From Convolutriloba macropyga (lineage: Eukaryota), in the NCBI RefSeq assembly GCF_964194025.1, contig NC_134468.1, positions 5,828,001-5,892,000 of the forward strand: 64,000 nucleotides of DNA, written 5' to 3'. Positions 23,630 to 38,300 of this stretch are shown piece after piece. Made by a program: the position numbers and the translations under genes. The first letter of the stretch is position 1, and every line of letters starts with the position of its first letter. Below the pieces are notes generated by a model. It searched no databases. It had not been told where the DNA came from and saw only the letters and a program-made list of their open reading frames with translations.

Positions 23630-25426
23630 TTAATTGCTCTCAAACGAAGTTTGTAGCAATTATATTATTCCTGTCGGTCTGTTTATGCAATTTTTCGCTT
23701 GACCGATTTTTTGTCTGACGCTTTTGACTTTTCGGCCTCAAAAATGGGATAAACAGGTAGCGCCCTGCGGGCCTTTAGTGCTCTTAGATTCTTTCAGCTC
23801 TGTTTCAGCTCAAACTGTTTTAGAGACTTATAATGATGGTGTGAAGAGCGGTTCTTAGAGGTTGAAGACACCCCACCCCACATTTTTTTCAAGCTTTTTG
23901 ATAATTTTTGTCATTTTTGTAAAACTTGTCAAATTTTGAGTTATATCAACCCTAGATGTCAAGGAACCCACTCTATGGTTTGATAATAAGCGAATATTTG
24001 CAAGTTACGCGAATTTTTGCAAGTTTTTGAAAATTTTTGTCGGTTTTTTGTTACGCGAATTTTTGCAAGTTTTTGAAAATTTTTGTCGGTTTTTAGGTTT
24101 ATCCAGTCTCAAGAGCTAAAGAACCTCCTCTAGAGTTTGATGATAGGTTACTGTATAGTTTCTAGAGGTACTGGATTTTTTTTGAAGATTTTAACATCAC
24201 GAATTTTGCAGTTTTTAAAAAAAAATTTTCATTTTTTGATTTTTTTTCAACAATTATTGTCATTATTCAAGATTTTTCAGCCTCATGGTTCAGAAAACCT
24301 CTTTATGTTTTTGATAATATGAGGCTGCATAGTTTTTAGTGGTACTGGAATGGTTTTCAACTTTTTAATATCACAATTTTATCGATTTGTTTAAACTTGC
24401 AATTTTTTGAAGTTTTTTGACAATTTTTGTCATTTTATAGGTCGATATGGCCTCAAGAGCCAAGGTACCTCCTCTAGAGTTTGATAACAAGTTTTTGTAT
24501 ACTTTCTAAATGCAATGGAGTGTTTTTAAAGATTTTAACATTTAACGGTTTTTGCATTTTTTTGAAAAATTTTCGGCAATCTTCATGTTTTTTTGAAATT
24601 GTCATTTTTTTAAGAGTTTTCCAGCCTCAAGAGCCAAGAAGCCTCCTTCGAGGTTGTATACTAAGCTGTTCTTAGTTTCTAGAGTTATTGGAATGATTAT
24701 CAGTTGAATGACATGAGTTATTTTAATGACTCGAGTTTTAGAAATTTTTCGATAAATTTTAATTTGAAAATTTTTTGAAAATTTATTATCATGTTCCAAG
24801 TGTATGGATCTTTATGAGCCAGTGAAACTGTTGAAGGCTTGAAATAGGCATACTAGATGCTCATGAGACAATGGAATGGTGTTCTGAAGATATTTTTATC
24901 ACGAGTTTTTGCAAGATTTTAAAATTTGCAGTTGTTTTAAAATTTTTTGAATATTTTTGTCCTTTTCTGAGTTTAACGATCATTACTGGTCAACGAAGCT
25001 TTTCAAGTCCTGCAGATGGATTACATGGCAAACATCCAGAGATAAAAAATGTTTTTGAACCTGTTCTGTACTGCGAAATGTTGAAACTTTTCTTTGGAAT
25101 TTTGCACTTTAAATTTTTTTTCTTATGAATTAGTTACTAACAAGTTTAGAAAACTTGAAGTTGTAGAGTCGAATATCATCATGGAAAAAAATTCCTAGCT
25201 CTCTCTGGCTCTCTCTGTGTTAGCTGGCGTTTCTTGCCTTCTTCTTCTTCTCGCTCACGTTTAATCTCTCTCTCTCTCGTCTATTATGTCATCGTCTATT
25301 ACTCTAATCTCAGGCCCCTTCAATCAAGCTAAGTCTATCCTCACAAATTATTGGCTAGGTGCTGACAAAGTCAACCGCTCGACGGTCGTTTGAGAGCGAT
25401 TTGCCCGACGTTAGTCGGTTATGTTT
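23630..25426 (+). mobile_element. HINE family C
   Basis: 5' TTAATTGCTCTCAAACG; 3' CGTTTGAGAGCGATT + hairpin CCGAC-GTTA-GTCGG + TTATGTTT; internal T-rich degenerate repeats and (CT)n; homologous to 55309-56956. Confidence 0.8.
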
Positions 25427-26364
25427 TAAATTCGCTTTACATTTTTATCACGTTTTTCGTTTTATATAAGTCACCACTTTCACGTTTGACTTCTGACTTA
25501 CCTCATCCACTGTTTCAACTGAATGCTATTTGAATTCATTCACTCAATTAATCACGCAAGATAATGAATACAGTCAAGGTCAAAAGGGACGGGATAAACC
25601 GATAAAGACCGGTCATTAAGTCATTGAGAATTAAGTTATCAAAGGTTATTAGTGTTTGCTAGCTGACATTGGTTTTAAGCTTATTAACTTTCAGTTTAGA
25701 AGCAGAATTAAGTATGGTTTTAGAATCCAACCGAAACTGCTCGCCGATTTAGAATACTTTTTGACACTGAAAAAAAAATTTGTCAATATATCTCTTTTTT
25801 CTTTATCTGTTTCAATCCCGATGGGCATCAAGCGCGTCAACTGCGGCTATTTTTCTCCAGTCTGCCGACTATGTTTGAACTGGTTTCATCACTCAGTAAA
25901 AAATAATTTATCAAAAATAACTCCAAAAACGAAAAATTAGTATTTGGAAACACCGATTCAGTGTCAAAAATGCTGAAACTATGCTCTTTCGAGTTAATGA
26001 GTTTGTTCAGAAAGGCTTCTTATGGCGTTCGAATAAACCGAAAGCCCGAGCACTAATACTGAATTTTTAGTGACTTAGTGCATTAGGTTATCAGAGTTCC
26101 TTATAGCATAATGCAAACTGGTATTGATGTTAAGCTTTTTGTCCTTATTTTTAATAGACCAAGTACTCCATAGTCGAATCTAATGAAGTTGCATAGCGAA
26201 TTAAAACTTATTAACATTTAAAAAATTCAGATTGTCATCCAAACGTCAAACAATATGGTCGACGGCTACCTCCTGGAAATTTGCCGGCTTTGTTTGTTCG
26301 TTTTATGGCTTTAAAGGTACTCCCTGATAACGTGTTATGGGAATTCCTAATTGTTGCCTGCTTT

Positions 26365-26706
26365 TTAATTGCGCTTGAACGAAGTTCATAGCAATTATTG
26401 TAAACGGGTTGGTCTTTTTTATGCAAATTTTTCGCCTGACCATTTTGCGCTTTTCTTCTAGAACATTCTTTGACTTCTCAAGTGTTCATTTTTGAGTGAT
26501 CTCTATTGCTCTCACTCCGAAGTAAAGCTTGTTGCTAATATAAAGTCGGCTGCAGCATAGCAAAAGCAAGGGCCCAATAGCACAGTCGGCAATGCATATG
26601 ATTATGAAGCGGGAGGTCAATGGTTCAAATCACGGTGGGGTCACATGTTTTTCCACCCGCCTGTCGTTCGAGAGCAATTCTTCCGACATTCGTAGGTTTA
26701 TGTTTT
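26365..26706 (+). mobile_element. Short HINE family C variant carrying a tRNA-like cassette
   Basis: 5' TTAATTGCGCTTGAACG; 3' CGTTCGAGAGCAATT + degenerate hairpin + TTATGTTTT. Confidence 0.72.
26571..26643 (+). pseudogene. tRNA-like sequence (degenerate)
   Basis: GGCCCAA/TGGGGTC acceptor-like stem, TAGCACAGTCGG A box, GGTTCAAATC B box, followed by T5; anticodon arm does not pair. Confidence 0.6.
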
Positions 26707-27653
26707 GTTGTTGCTTTTGTTACGTGGTCACTAGGTTATATTTATAGAGGTGTCTTTTATCTAAATCTCGGACACTAATGTGTAGACTTAGGGCGTTAAA
26801 TGTCAAAATTCTTTAGAGTATACTGCTAACTGTATTAGTATTAAGCTTATTGTACTCCATCTAAGAGATGGAGTTCACTATATTTATCGTTTCTAATGTA
26901 ATTGTGGACCATATTAGAACACTTTTCAAAGTTGAATGTGACTTTTGTGGATAAATTTTTGATTCACGTTATTGATTGACCAAAATTGCTGGAACTAAGA
27001 TACTTTAAAATTTTATTGTTAAAAATCTTGTGGACATTTTAGGCTGTCAAATTTTATCTCACCAGATTCAAATCGAACCTGGGTCAAGAGTCATGCAGGA
27101 TGTTTTTCGGCAATCTACTGGCCATGTTTGAAGATTAATTGAGGTTATCAAACTATATTACTTGATTACAAACCATATTGCTTGTTTGGAATTTGAAGTA
27201 AAATTTGTATATAGTTGATACCATAATTTCTATTTTGGTGCACCACGTTTTTGTTCTCTAGTCTGCGGTTTTTTCAAGAAGTCCAAGACCTTTTTTGCTG
27301 CTTTTCGGAAAATGCCAGGCCGATGTTAAAATGTTACTCCCTCTTTCAAATGAGGTTTGCTGATATTGCTATCAATTTAACGCGATCCTACAGAAGTATC
27401 TTCTGATCACTTTATCAAATGTTGTCAGTTTATGAATTATATTAAACTCGGATGTCCTTTCGTTCCATACCTGTGTTCATTTCGAGTTTTCTTATTTGTG
27501 CTTGATGTTATCAGCAGTGTTCTGTTTAGCTAATTGTCCGAAAATTGGTAATAGTATCTGATCATTTTAGCCTAGCTATCACATCATCTAGAATAGTAAC
27601 AGTCTATTATACGTGGAGCATGAAAATGTCTATTGAGTTAATGAATGTTTCAG

Positions 27654-27791
27654 ACAGTGAAATTGATCGATTCCGTCGAATGCCGAATCATTGATGCAAT
27701 GAGGAAGAAAATGGCGATGGAGCATGCAAAACTGCTGGCTGAGAAATCGAGGGAGGAAGGCGCACTTCCCACTGATTTATGGAAAAAACCG
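27654..27791 (+). CDS. CCDC162-like exon 3
   Basis: gtttcag|ACA GTG...AAA CCG|gtctgt; contains SREEGALPTDLWKK. Confidence 0.87.
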
Positions 27792-28129
27792 GTCTGTAAT
27801 GGAACCATTTTCATTAACTTATTTTAAATATCTATATGCTTTGTGATCTTAGCGAAAAATAGGAACTTCACGTCTTTGGCTAGATTATTAATTTATGCTA
27901 AACAATAGTTTAGAAAGTGCGTTTGTTTTGCCACAGAAGGGCGATGAACAGGAAAGCAAAAAATAGTCTCCAAATAGAGAGGTTCAAAATAAAGGTAAAA
28001 TATAGATAGGTAAAAATATCATATGGAGCAGTCTTACAAATTTAGGCTATCTGAGACAATTAAACGGGTAAATGAGCTCCTGTTGAGGTCTCAAATTATT
28101 ATTGACATTATTTACCAAGTTTGTTCCAG

Positions 28130-28375
28130 GCGATCAAAGAACAGTTCACAATGATTCGTCCTCACATTGCTGAAGAGTTTGGTGAGAAAATAGCCTCAAT
28201 GGCTCAGCACTCTACCGATGCTAGTGTGACATTGGGTAGAGAAGATTTGGCTAAGGCTCTTGCGTGGCTGGGTGATAGTCTTATGGAAAGGGAGAGACAG
28301 AACTTCGAGACTTATTCGATGTTTTATGAGAACTTGCTCAAACAGAAGACGAGGATGCTCTTTAAGGCCGAACAG
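28130..28375 (+). CDS. CCDC162-like exon 4
   Basis: ttgttccag|GCG ATC...GAA CAG|gtagtt; LMERERQNFETYSMFYENLLKQ. Confidence 0.9.
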
Positions 28376-28697
28376 GTAGTTTGTGTAGACTTGACTTGAA
28401 TTATTGTGTTGTATCGTTATTATAGCTGTAAGCTGAATCTTTTCATGCCGCTCTTTTGCTATTTTATGTACGTGACGTCTTTTGTTAAACTAATTGGCGG
28501 TGAGGTTTAGGCTGAACTGTGTGATAAGACTTACCTCACTCTCTAAATGACTTCTAACTTTATTAATGTCACTCTAGATTACTCTAACTCCTTTCCAGGT
28601 CAATATAGGACTCCTATATAATCATATAAATAAAACTAATTTGATTTTTTAAAACGAATTGTTTGGTATGGCAACGTTTTATGAAGCATCAATTCAA

Positions 28698-28925
28698 TTC
28701 TGTGGCTGTTGCTGTCTATATTCTGTGTTGCTGTCTATATTCTGAGGCTGTTGCTGTCAATTCTGTGGCTGTTGCTGTCTATATGTTTATTGTCTAAAAG
28801 TTATGGACATCAAGTTTTTCGGGTTGATATCCTTGGGGGATCCTTGGCTGTTGCTGTCTATATTCTACGTTTATTGTCTAAAAGTTATGGACATCAAGTT
28901 TTTGAGTTGAAATCCTTGTGGGATC
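28698..28925. repeat. Minisatellite (TTCTGTGGCTGTTGCTGTCTATA-like, ~4-5 copies) plus a ~83-bp duplication
   Basis: Direct reading; TTTATTGTCTAAAAGTTATGGACATCAAGTTTTT occurs twice. Confidence 0.85.
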
Positions 28926-29389
28926 ATTCCTACTGAAGGCACTGTCTACTCAAGCAAAAAGATGAGCCTATGGCAAAAAAAACCGGCACACAGCTTTCAA
29001 CGCAAAATTGAAAGCGAAAGCACAGAATCTAAAATAAAGTACATTCGAGTGAATGGAAAGGTTTTTTCCGATTGCTGCAATGTTCGATAAGAGCTGTGAA
29101 AACTGTTTCTGAAAACGTATTGCAATTTTTTTCCGAAATTTGAAGAAAAAATTTATCAACAAAGCGTTGTATTGAGCGTTGGATTGAGCGTTGTATCATT
29201 AGAAGCCTAAGGAACAAAAGTTTTCAGGTTAAATTAATTTTCAGGAACTGAGGTAATTCTTTGTCAAAAATGATTGTATATCTACTACGAAATCAGACTG
29301 ACAAGATGTTTAAATTAACCGAATTCTTTCAGTTCAGACTTTTCATAAGAGCTGATTTTCAAAATGTCACAACATAGGATCTTTCCTAT

Positions 29390-32300
29390 TAAAGAACAAA
29401 CCTCATCAACAAGCGGTTATCGGAAAGGGGCAAAACTCAATGAACGGAAAGGTTGACTTTTTAATTAAATTTTATGGACAAAATCAACAGACCGACACAG
29501 AGAATAGTTTAGTACCAAAAACAAATTGTAGTTATTCAAACAGAAATTAAAAAATGACTTAGGAGGCAATGCAGAACTTTCATGGTTTCTGTATTTCGCC
29601 ATCCTCCAGTTTAAGCTATCTACCGTTCTCTACGTGCTGCTCTGTAACTATGGTCCCTGTTTAAGTGCAGGAAAAATTTTGCCGTGCTGTGCCCCATCCT
29701 GTGAAGAAGCTGACATTTCGGTTTTAAAAAGCACGCATTTCCTCTTTTGTGTTTTTCTCATTAGCTGCTGGCTTGCTTTCCGGATTTTTTCCTTATATAA
29801 TCACTGCTTCGTGCCTTAGAGCCGAAAGAAGGAGGAATGCTCTTCTCTTGAAGAACAGGAGCTACCTTCTCTACCTTAGAAGACTTAGTTTTGGCTTGCC
29901 CACTTCGTCTTTTTGGGAGGCGTTTTATCATTCGTCTTGGATATAGCAGTTGACATTGGTTCCCTGGTTTCCGAAAGCGGTTTTCAAACTGTAGAAGTAT
30001 CTTTGGCTTTGATTGTGTACTCTCGTTGCCTAGCTTTCTCGACCGCTTCTTTCCCCCAGTTTCTGCCGGCTGCGCAGTTTCCAAAAGCTTTTTTAGAACA
30101 GTAAAGGCTCATTGGCTTTCCTTTTTTCCTCTCGTTGCCTGGTTTTCTTTCCCCTTCTTTCTCCACAATCTTGTCCCCAATCTTGTTTTCTTTTTTGCTG
30201 CTTCCGCAGTCCAAAATGATCACTTATGAGAAGAGTAGAGTATTTAGGGTATTTCTGAGTAGAGTATTTAGGGGTCATTATTTAAAGCGATAAAGTATAA
30301 TGAAGCTGACTTGAACAGCATAATCATCTTCCTCAGGGTACCATAAGATTCTGAAATCTTCTCCCTTAGATCACGAATCTCCACTTCAGTTTTGACGGTT
30401 TTCAAAACTTCGAAAATTTTCTTAATAGGTCTGCAATGACGTTACAGCAAACGTGGTATTCATCAAAGTGAAAAATCAAAGGCAAAAAAGTAAAAGCAGC
30501 AATAGTCAGTAGCAGACAATTTCAGGGAAAGACATGCAACAAATTTGGTAACAAAAGGCTAGTATAAAGTTCAATGCTACTATCACTACGAACCTTTTTC
30601 AATGATCAAGCTAATTAACTGTTGTTTGCAAACGTTCCTCGATGAATGAGCTATTGAACTGTTTTTATGTTCTTAAAATATGCTGATGTGACACGTTGCA
30701 TGTACTTAACTATTAGCTGCTCTGTAATGAAATAACCTCATCAAAAAGCGGTTATCGGAGAGAAGAAAACCTCAATCAAGCAAAATTTATGGGCAAAATC
30801 AACAGACCGACAAGGATAACCGATTGTCGTTATTCAAACAGAAGTTCGAAAAATGAATCAGGAGGCAATGCAGAATTTTCGTGGTTCTGTATTTTACCAT
30901 CCTCCAGCTTAAGCTTTCTACCGTTCTCTATGTGCTTCTCTGTAACTATGGTCCCCTGTTTAAGTGCAGGAAAAGTTTTGCCGTGTTGTGGCCCATCCTG
31001 TGAAGAAGCTGACATTTCGGTTTTAAAAGCACGCATTTCCTCTTCTGTGTTTTTCTCATTGGCTGCTGGCTTGCTTTCCGGATTTTTTTTTCATATCACT
31101 GCTTTCTGCCTTATAGTCGGAAGCAGGAAGAATTCTCTTTTGAATAACAGGAGCTAACTTTTCCCCCTTAGGAGACTTATTTTTGGCTTGCCTACTTTGT
31201 TTTTTTTGGGATTTAACTTTAGAAGGAGGCCTTTTATCATTCGTCTTGGATATAGAAGTTGACATTGCTTGCTTGGTTTCCAAAAGCGGTGTTCAAACTT
31301 TAGGAGTATCTTTGACTGTGATTGTGTTCTCTCGTTGCCTAGCCTTCTCGGCCGCTTCTTTCTCCCCAGTTTCTGCCGGCTACGCAGTTTCAAAAGGCTG
31401 TTTTTGAACAGTAAAGTCTCATTGGCTTTACTTTTTTTCCTCTCGGTACCTGGTTTTCTAGGCCGCTTCTTTCTCCTCCAATCTTGTTTTCTTTGTTGCT
31501 GCTTCCGCAGTCCAGAATCATAACTGTTGAGAAAGTTTCTGAGTCGAGTATTTAGGGGTCAATATTTAAACGCATAAAGTATAATGAAGATGTGTTGAAC
31601 AGCATAATCTTCCTCAGGGTACCATAAGATTGTGAAATTTTCTTCCTTAGATCACGAATCTCCACTTCAGTGTTGACGGTTTTCACTACACTTCGTTAAA
31701 CGTGAGAGATTGCAAGTTCAACCTCCTATTTGCTGTTGTCGAAAATTTTCTTAATAGCTTAATAGGTCTGCAATGACGATACAGCGAACCTGGTATTCAT
31801 CATAGTGAAAAAATAAAAGCAAAAAGTATAAGCCGCAATAGGTAAGAGCTTTGGAGATAGCATTTTTGAGCCGAGGTCTGAGACACAGTGACGCGAACAA
31901 TTTCATGCTTTGCGGTACCTGTCCAGGGTTTCAAAAATTGCACTTTAATGTGATGAGGTCTTGCATGTCAGTATCAGACAGTTTCACAAAAAGACATGCC
32001 ACGAATTTGGAGACAAAAGGTCAGTATATATTTCAGTGCTACTGTCACTAGGAACCTTTTTCAATGAACAATCTAATTAACTTTTGTTTGCAAACGTTCT
32101 TCAATGAATGAGCTATTGAATTGTTTTTATGTTCTCAAGATATGCTGATGTGACACATTGCATGTACTCAACTAATAGCTGCTCATTAATGAACAAACCT
32201 CATCAATAAGGGTTATCGAAAAGGGGCAAAAGCCAATGAACGGAAAGGTTGACTCAAGTAAATTATCTGGACAAAATCAATAGATCGACAAAGAGAATAG

Positions 32301-35300
32301 TTCAGTACCAAAATCAAATTGTAGTTATTCAAACAGAAAATAAAAAATGACTCAGGTGGCAATGCAGAACTCTCTTGGTTACTGTATTTCACCATCCTTC
32401 AGCTTAAGCTTTTTACCGTTCTCTACGTGCTGCTCTGTAACTATGGTCCCCTGTTTAAGTGCAGGAAAAGATTTGCCGTGCTGTGGCCCATCCTGTGAAG
32501 AAGCTGACATTTCGGTTTTAAAGCACGCATTTTCTCTTCTGTGTTTTTCTCATTGGCTGCTGGCTTGCTTTCCGGATTTTTTTTTCATATAATCACTGCT
32601 TTCTGGCTTATAGTCGGAAGCAGGAAGAATTCTCTTTTGAATAACAGGAGCTAACTTTTCCCCCTTAGGAGACTTATTTTTGGCTTGCCTACTTTGTTTT
32701 TTTTGGGATTTAACTTTAGAAGGAGGCCTTTTATCATTCGTCTTGGATATAGAAGTTGACATTGCTTGCCTGGTTTCCAAAAGCGGTGTTCAAACTAGAG
32801 AAGTATCTTTGGCTTTGATTGTGTTCTCTCGTTGCCCAGCCTTCTCGACCGCTTCTTTCTCCCCAGTTTCTGCCGGCTGCGCTGTTTTTGAACAGTAAAG
32901 GCTCATTGGCTTTCATTTTCCCTCTCCTTACCTGGTTTTCTAGGCCGCTTTTTTCTCCAATCTTGTTTCCTTTTTTGCTGCTTCCGCAGTCCAAAATCAT
33001 CACTGTTGAGAGACTTTCTGAGTCGAATATTTAGGGGTCAATTTTTAAACCCATAAAGTATAATGAAGCTGAGTTGAACAGCATAATCATCTTCCTCAGG
33101 GTACTATATGATTGTGAAATCTTCTCTTTTAGATCACGAATCTCCACTTCAGTTTTGACGCTTTTCACAACACTTTGTTCCACGTGAAAGAGTGCAAGTT
33201 CGGCTTCCTTTTTGCTGTTGTCGAAAATTTTCTTAATAGTTCTCCAATGACGTTACAGCAAATGTGGTATTCATCATAGTGAAAAAACAAAAGCAAAAAA
33301 AGTAAAAGCAGAAATATGTTACATCTTTGGAGATAGCAATTGTTGAGCCGAGGTCTGAGACACAGTGACTCAAACATTTCTCATTCCTTGCAGTAACTGT
33401 GCAGAGGTTCAGAAATTGAACTTTAGTGTGATGAAGTCTTGCATGTCAGTACCAGACAATTTCACGAAAAGGCATGCAACGAACTTGGAAGCAAAAGGTC
33501 AGTATGAAGTTCAATGCTACCAACACTACGAACCTTTTTCAATGAACAGCTAATTAACTGTTTTTTGCAATTGTCCTTCAATGAATGAGCTATTGAACTG
33601 TTTTTATGTCAAAATATGCTGATTTGACACATTGCATGTACTTAACTATTAGCTGGTCATTGCTTTCCAGTGTATTTTTGAATTTCAAAGCGTCCGCTTT
33701 TCTCAAATATCCTACCCCCAAAATCCGTCAGACCACTCCCATCCGGCTCCCGCACGACTTAGATACACATAGACACATAGACATAAATGCATACAATATT
33801 TCATAATTGCATACAATATTTCATAATTGCATACAATGTACAAACAAACTCAAACACTCGCTCCAAACACAAAAGTCTGAACCTCCATAACTTTTTGGGT
33901 TAAAAAAGCACCAGCACCATCTTAAGGTACTTCGGGGAGAATTCGGTCAGAAGGATGAAACATCTTGAATTATAACTCGAAGATATAAAGAAGGTAAATT
34001 CGTTCAGGAGTATGAAACATATTCAGTTGTAAATCGATTTTAAAAAACATGCAACGAATTTGGAGACAAAAGGCCAGTATATTTTTCATTGCTACTATCA
34101 CTACGAACCTTTTTCAATGAACAAGCTAATTAACTGTTGTTTGCAAACGTCCTTCAATGAATGAGCTATTGAACTGTATTTATGTTCTTAAAATTTGCTG
34201 ATGTGACAGTTTGCATGTACTTAACTATTAGCTGCTCATTAATGAACAAACCTCATCAAAAAGGGTTATCAGAAAGGGGCAAAAGTCAGTGAATGGAAAA
34301 GTTGCCTCCTCAAGTACATTATGTGGACAAAATCAACAGATCGACGAAGATAATAAGTTAGTACCAAAAACAAATTGTAGTTATTCAAACAGAAAATAAG
34401 AAATGACTCAGGAGGCAATGCAAAACTTTCATTGTTACTGTATTTCACCATTCTCCAGCTTAAGCTTTCTACCGTTTTCTACGTGCTGCTCTGTAATTAT
34501 GGTCCCCTGTTCAAGTTTTGCCGTGCTGTGGCTCATCCTGTTAAGAAGCTGACATTTCGGTTCTAAAAGCACGCATTTCCTCTTTTTTGTGTTTTTCTCA
34601 TTCGCTGCTGGCTTGCTTTCCCGATTTTCTTTCTTTGTATAATCACTGCTCTTTGTCTTAGAGTCGGAAGCAGGAAGAATGCTCTTCTCTTGAATAACAG
34701 GAGCTACCTTTTCTCCCTTAGGAGACTTATTTTTGGCTTGCCCACTTTGTCTCTTTTTTGGGACCTAACTTTAGAAGGAGGCGCTTTATCAATCATCTTG
34801 GATATAAAAGTTGACATTGCTTGCCTGGTTTTCAAAAGCGGCGTTCAAACTGTAGAAGTATTTTTAGCTTTGATTGTGTTTTCTCGTTATCCAGCTTTCT
34901 AAACCGCTTCTTTCTCCCCAGTTTCTTCCGGTTGCACAGTTTCAAAAAGCTGTTTTTGAACAGTAAAGGATCATTGGCTTTCCTTTTTTCCCTCTCGTTG
35001 CCTGGTTTTCTAGGCCGCTTCTTTCTCCTCCAATGTTGTTTTCTTGTTCGCTGCTTCAGCAGTCCAAAATCATCAGTGTTGAGAAACTTTTTGAGTCGAG
35101 TTTTTAGGGGTCAATATTTAAACCGATAAAGTATAAGAAGCTGAGTTGAACAGCATAATAATCTCCCCCAGGCTGCCATCAGATTCTGGAATCTTCTTCC
35201 TTTGATCACGAATCTCCTTCAGTGTTGACGGATTTCAAAACACTTTGTTACACGTGAAAGATTGCAAGTTCGACCTCCTTTTTGCTGTTGTCGAAAATTT

Positions 35301-38300
35301 TTTTAATAGGTCTGCAATGACGATACAGCAGACGTGGTATTCATCATAAAGAAAAAACAAAAAGCAAAAAAGTAAAAACAGCAGTTTGTAACATCTTTGG
35401 AGATAGCAATGGTTGAGCCGAGGTCTGAGGCACAGTGACGCAAACAACTCTCATGCCTTGCAGTAACTGTCCAGAGTTTCAGAAATTGCACTTTAGTGTG
35501 ATGAAGTCTTGCATGTCAGTACCAGACAGTTTCAGGAAAAGGCATGCAACGAATTTGGAAACAAAAGTTCAGTATGATGTTCAATGCTACCAACACTACG
35601 AACCTTTTTCATTGAACAAGCTAATTAACTTTTGTTTGCAAACGTTCCTCGATGAATGAGCTATTGAACTGTTTTTATGTTCTTAAGATATGCTAATGTG
35701 ACACATTGCATGTACTCAACTAATAGCTGCTCATTAATGAACAAACCTCATCAATAAGGGTTATCGAAAAGGGGCAAAAGCCAATGAACGGAAAGGTTGA
35801 CTCAAGTAAATTATCTGGACAAAATCAATAGATCGACAAAGAGAATAGTTCAGTACCAAAAACAAATTGTAGTTATTCAAACAGAAAATAAAAAATGACT
35901 CAGGAGGCAATGCAAAACTTTCATTGTTACTGTATTTCACCATCCTCCAGCTTAAGCTTTCTACCGTTTTCTACGTGCTGCTCTGTAACTATGGTCCCCT
36001 GTATAAGTGCAGGAAAATTTTTGCCGTGCTGTGGCCCATCCTGTTAAGAAGCTGACATTTCGGTTTTAAAAGCACGTATTTCCTCTTTTGTTTTTCTCAT
36101 TCGCTGCTGGCTTGCTTTCCGGATTTTTTTTCCTTGTATAATCACTGCTCTTTGTCTTAGAGTCGGAAGCAGGAAGAATGCTCTTCTCTTGAATAACAGG
36201 AGCTACCTTTTCTCCCTTAGGAGACTTATTTTTGGCTTGCCCACTTTGTCTCTTTTTTGGGACCTAACTTTAGAAGGAGGCTCTTTATCAATCATCTTGG
36301 ATATAGAAGTTGACATTGCTTGCCTGGTTTTCAAAAGCGGCGTTCAAACTGTAGAAGTATTTTTAGCTTTGATTGCGCTTTCTCGTTGCCCAGCTTTCTA
36401 AACCGCTTCTTTCTCCCCAGTTTCTTCCGGTTGCACAGTTTCAAAAAGCTGTTTTTGAACAGTAAAAGATCATTGGCTTTCCTTTTTCCCTCTCGTTGCC
36501 TGGTTTTCTAGGCCGCTTCTTTCTCCTCCAATGTTGTTTTCTTGTTCGCTGCTTCAGCAGTCCAAAATCATCACTGTTGAGAAACTCTTTGAGTTGAGTA
36601 TTTAGGGGTCATTATTTAAACCGATAAAGTATAAGAAGCTGAGTTGAACAGCATAATAATCTCCCTCAGGCTATCATTAGATTCTGAAATCTTCTTCCTT
36701 AGATCACGAATCTGCACTTCAGTGTTGACGGATTTCAAAACACTTTGCTGCACGTGAAAGATTGCAAATTCGACCTCCTTTTTGCTGTTGTCGAAAATTT
36801 TCTTAATAGGTCTGCAATGACGTTACAGCAAACGTGGTATTCATCATAGTGATTAAACAAAAGCAGAAACCTAAAAGCGGCAATAGGTAAGAGCTTTGGA
36901 GATAGCATTTTGAGCCGAGGCCTGAGAGACAGTGACGCGAACAACTTTCATGCCTTCCGGTACCTGTCCAGGGTTTCAAATATTACACTTTAATGTGATG
37001 AGGTCTTGCATGTCAGTACCAGACAATTTCACGAAAAGGCATGCAACGAACTTGGAAGCAAAAGGTCAGTATGAAGTTCAATGCTACCAACACTACGAAC
37101 CTTTTTCAATGAACAGCTAATTAACTGTTTTTTGCAAACGTCCTTCAATGAATGAGCTATTGAACTGTTTTTATGTCAAAATATGCTGATTTGACACATT
37201 GCATGTACTTAACTATTAGCTGGTCATTGCTTTCCAGTCTATTTTTGCATTTCAAAGAGTCCGCTTTTCTCAAATATCTTACCCCCAAAATCCGTCAGAC
37301 CACTCCCATCCGGCTCCCGCACGACTTAGATACACATTGACACATAGACATAATTGCATACAATATTTCATAATTGCATACAATATTTCATAATTGCATA
37401 CAATGTACAAACAAACTCAAATACACGCTCCAAACACAAAAGTCTGAACCTCATAACTTTTTGGGTTACAAAAGCACCAGCACCAGCTTAGTAAACTTCG
37501 GGGAGAATTCGGTCAGAAGGATGAAACATCTTGAATTGTAACTCGATGATATGAAGAAGGTAAATTCGGCCAGGAGTATGAAACACATCTTCAGTTGTTA
37601 ATCTATTTTGAAAAAGGAGGCGTATTCCTTATGAGCGCATTCGTTCAAAGTATTTGATGAAGTCTTGCATGTCAAAAACATATACTGGTTATTGCGTAAG
37701 CACAGATTCGGCTCATGAAATAACGTGAGGCAGCCTAAATAACGCGAGTAAACCAGTCTTTAATCGTTATACAGTCTGCCCCTGGATGAAAAATGAACAT
37801 CATACTGGTCATTTGAATTCTAACTTTTAAATTTTCTAGGCTAATTTTGCTCACCTATCTTTCTCCAATGTTGTTTTCCTGTTCGCTGCTTCCGCAGTCC
37901 ATAATCATCACTGTTGAGAAACTCTTTGAGTCGAGTATTTAGGGGTCAATATTTAAACCGATAAAGTATAAGAAGTTGAGTTGAACAGCATAATAGTCTC
38001 CCTCAGAGTACCATTAGATTCTGAAATCTTCTTCCTTAGATCACTAATCTCCACTTCAGTGTTGACGGTTTTCACAACACTTTGTTACACGTGAAAGATG
38101 GCAAGTTCGACCTCTTTTTTGCTGTTGTCGAAAATTTTCTTAATACGTCTGCAATGACGATACGGCAAACTTGGTATTCATCATAGTGAAAAAACATGAA
38201 AGCTAAATAGGTGCAAAAAACTAAAAGCAGCAATAGGTGAGAGCTTTGGATATAACATTTTGAGCCGAGGTCTGAGACAGTGACGCGAACAATTTTCATG

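Larger units (their letters stand above)
20411..25877 (+). mobile_element. Probable composite HINE family B span (degenerate ends; contains the purine tract and a family C copy)
   Basis: 5' AAAGCCGCCGTCAGCATCTC... matches the start at 51148; 3' CAACTGCGGCTATTTTCTCCAGTCTGCCGACTATGTTT. Pairing of these two ends is inferred. Confidence 0.5.

Noticed and set aside
28698-28925. CRISPR-like array
   Set aside because: Eukaryotic context; repeats are contiguous with no unique spacers and no cas genes.
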